DNA from: Terriglobia bacterium
GTDB taxonomy: Bacteria; Acidobacteriota; Terriglobia; 20CM-2-55-15
Length of the DNA: 64,000 bases
Direction of reading: 5' to 3'
Assembly: GCA_965198225.1 (NCBI GenBank)
Contig: CBDAOY010000006.1
Location: forward strand, 672,001-736,000
In this document: positions 62,508-64,000 of the stretch, one piece after another
Layout: the number at the start of each line of letters is the position of its first letter
Numbering within the stretch: position 1 is the first letter of the stretch
Made by a program: the position numbers and the translations under genes
The notes under the pieces: generated by a model
The model's input: the letters and a program-made list of their open reading frames with translations, nothing else
The model's database searches: none
What the model was told of the DNA's origin: nothing

Positions 62508-62568
62508 TGTGGGTGATTGGGTGATTTGATTATTTCTTTTGTGCAGTCGAACTGAAAAGGTTATCGCG

Positions 62569-62958
62569 ATGGCGCGCTACGAGCACCTGCCGATCTACAA
62601 ACGGACGCTGGACTTGCTGCTCTATTTCGAGAAGATCGTCCCGAAGTTCTCCCGCTACGACAAGTACACCATCGGTACCGACCTGAGAAACACGACGCGA
62701 TCCGTCCTGAAGTTGATTGTTCGCGCCAACAGCAGCCGGGACAAGCGGCCGGTGCTTGAGGAAATCCGCACCGAATTGGAGGAGCTGATGATTCTGGTGC
62801 GCGTGGCCAAAGAGGTCCGGGCGTTCGAGAATCTGAACTCCTATCAGTATTCTGCCGGCGAGATCATAGAGATCAGCCGGCAGAATGAGGGGTGGCTGAG
62901 AAGTCTGGAACGGAAACAACCAGAATCATCCTCTCGATCACAACCGGTAGAGAGATGA
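62569..62958 (+). CDS. avd: DGR accessory variability determinant (Avd, four-helix bundle)
   Basis: LPIYK...DL......F.R..KYTIG..LR...EI.RQ..GW; lies between VR and TR. Confidence 0.88.
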   Translation: MARYEHLPIYKRTLDLLLYFEKIVPKFSRYDKYTIGTDLRNTTRSVLKLIVRANSSRDKRPVLEEIRTELEELMILVRVAKEVRAFENLNSYQYSAGEIIEISRQNEGWLRSLERKQPESSSRSQPVER

Positions 62959-63077
62959 GCGTGTTGACTTCATCATTCTGAGTCCTTCCCGCCCATGTGG
63001 CATATGCATTCAGGGCGTCCTACCTTCGGGCTGGGCGCCCGGTGGCCGGTCTTCGGATCGGACGAAGTGGAAGGATC

Positions 63078-63191
63078 AAGGGTCGGGCTCCGCGTGGAAC
63101 TTCAACTTCAACAACGGCAACCGGAACTCGAACCCGGTCGACAACCGCAACAACAACCGCGCCTTGTGCGTGCGCGTTCCGGAGAATGATG
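63078..63191 (+). ncRNA. DGR template region (TR)
   Basis: Copy of the VR with 11 AAC codons and one GAC at the variable positions; sits between avd and RT. Confidence 0.95.
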
Positions 63192-63599
63192 CGTTCCCTG
63201 TTTTCATTCGAAAAGATTCACGAAGCGTACCTGAGCTGCCGCAAAGGCAAGCGCCGGAGCCGCAATGCCCTTCTTTTCGAGGAGCGCCTGGAGGAGAATC
63301 TGTTTCGACTCTCGGGCGAGCTTCAGGCCCGGACTTATCAGCCATCCCCTTCGACCTGCTTCGTGACCGCGAAACCGAAACACCGGGAGATCTTCGCGGC
63401 CGAGTTTCGCGACCGCGTGGTGCACCACCTGATCGTCACCCACCTCGAACCCATCTGGGAACGGATCTTCATCCACGATTCCTACGCGTGCCGGCCCGGT
63501 AAGGAAACGCATCGGGCGGTGTTCCGACTGCAGGAATTCATGCGGCGTGCGACATCGAACGGGACAAGGACTGCGTATTTTCTCCAGGTCGATGTCCGA
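63186..63599 (+). pseudogene. DGR-type reverse transcriptase, N-terminal about 138 codons only
   Basis: Hand translation MMRSLFSFEKIHEAYLSCRKGKR...LEENL..L..EL..RTYQP...KPKHREIFAAEFRDRVVHH...IFIHDSYACRPGKETH.A...YFLQVDV; homology stops there and no YxDD motif follows. Confidence 0.85.
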
Positions 63600-63719
63600 C
63601 CCGGCTCGGCGCCACAGTGGTTCGTATCCGGATTCCGAACTTCGAGGTACTCGAAGGGCGTGAGAACGATGTCGCGGGTCAGAGACCGCGATGGCGGACA
63701 ATGCGCTGGACCCGACCGT

Positions 63720-64000
63720 TCATGGGCACCCGACGTCGATGCCCAAGTCAGCGAGTTCGGCCAACGAATCCGCGAGAGACAGCGGGGCCCCGTGAGTTGG
63801 GATGATCGTCAGCGGGACCGCGGAATTGCAGCTTGTATCGATGATGTCAAGGTCACGCAGGCCAGCAAAGAGCGACTCCGGGCCACCGAGGACCAGCGTC
63901 AGCCCAAACGCCGCGTTGTAAAGATCCGCCTCGTACACAAACACTTCCCCGCCGGTCTCGACAACAGTAATCAGCATGTCGTCGGCGTGTGGGTTGGCGC
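63720..64000 (-). CDS. 3' end of a probable metallo-beta-lactamase-fold protein (partial)
   Basis: NPHADDML...YEADLY...IIPTHG pattern; runs off the window edge. Confidence 0.55.
   Translation of the reverse strand, partial: ANPHADDMLITVVETGGEVFVYEADLYNAAFGLTLVLGGPESLFAGLRDLDIIDTSCNSAVPLTIIPTHGAPLSLADSLAELADLGIDVGCP

Noticed and set aside
63186-63599. RT as a group II intron, retron or CRISPR-associated RT
   Set aside because: Adjacent avd and an A-specific TR/VR pair identify a DGR context; no intron domain V, msr/msd or cas1 is visible.
63186-64000. Long open frame read as an intact or novel RT fusion protein
   Set aside because: After about 63599 there are no RT motifs, and the tail is the antisense shadow of a plausible minus-strand gene ending at 63720.
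1-64000. tRNA or rRNA genes
   Set aside because: No cloverleaf with T-loop GTTCGA in proper context and no rRNA-like conserved segments were recognised by eye; a tRNAscan/Infernal run would be needed to be certain.

Overview
GC-rich bacterial chromosome segment. Gene content (Acidobacterial-type VWA protein, Ser/Thr kinase with TolB-like propeller, many secreted hydrolases) suggests an Acidobacteriota-like organism; this is inference. Most of the window is housekeeping or catabolic: an LPS heptose/glycosyltransferase cluster, a LarA-family protein, EF-G2, a two-component system, back-to-back Sdh and Frd operons, hydantoinase A/B, a TonB-dependent receptor, GGT and an S9 peptidase, with several families of intergenic palindromic repeats. 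The main signal is at the right end (59268-63600): a diversity-generating retroelement (DGR) with VR 62398-62507, avd 62569-62958, TR 63078-63191 and an RT starting at 63186 that the ORF track misses. Its target is a STAND NTPase - transmembrane helix - DUF1566/C-type-lectin-fold protein, translationally coupled to an upstream TIR-domain gene. This looks like an NLR/TIR-like receptor with a hypermutable extracytoplasmic ligand-binding tip. 18 of 19 VR/TR substitutions fall on TR adenines. The RT is truncated after about 138 codons and the target carries a +1 frameshift in a G8 tract. Other unannotated signals are a UxxC selenocysteine DsbA/FrnE gene, a His-rich RGPP arrest-peptide-like uORF before the TonB receptor, an orphan Nif11/NHLP-like leader peptide, and several small templated duplications or insertions inside genes.
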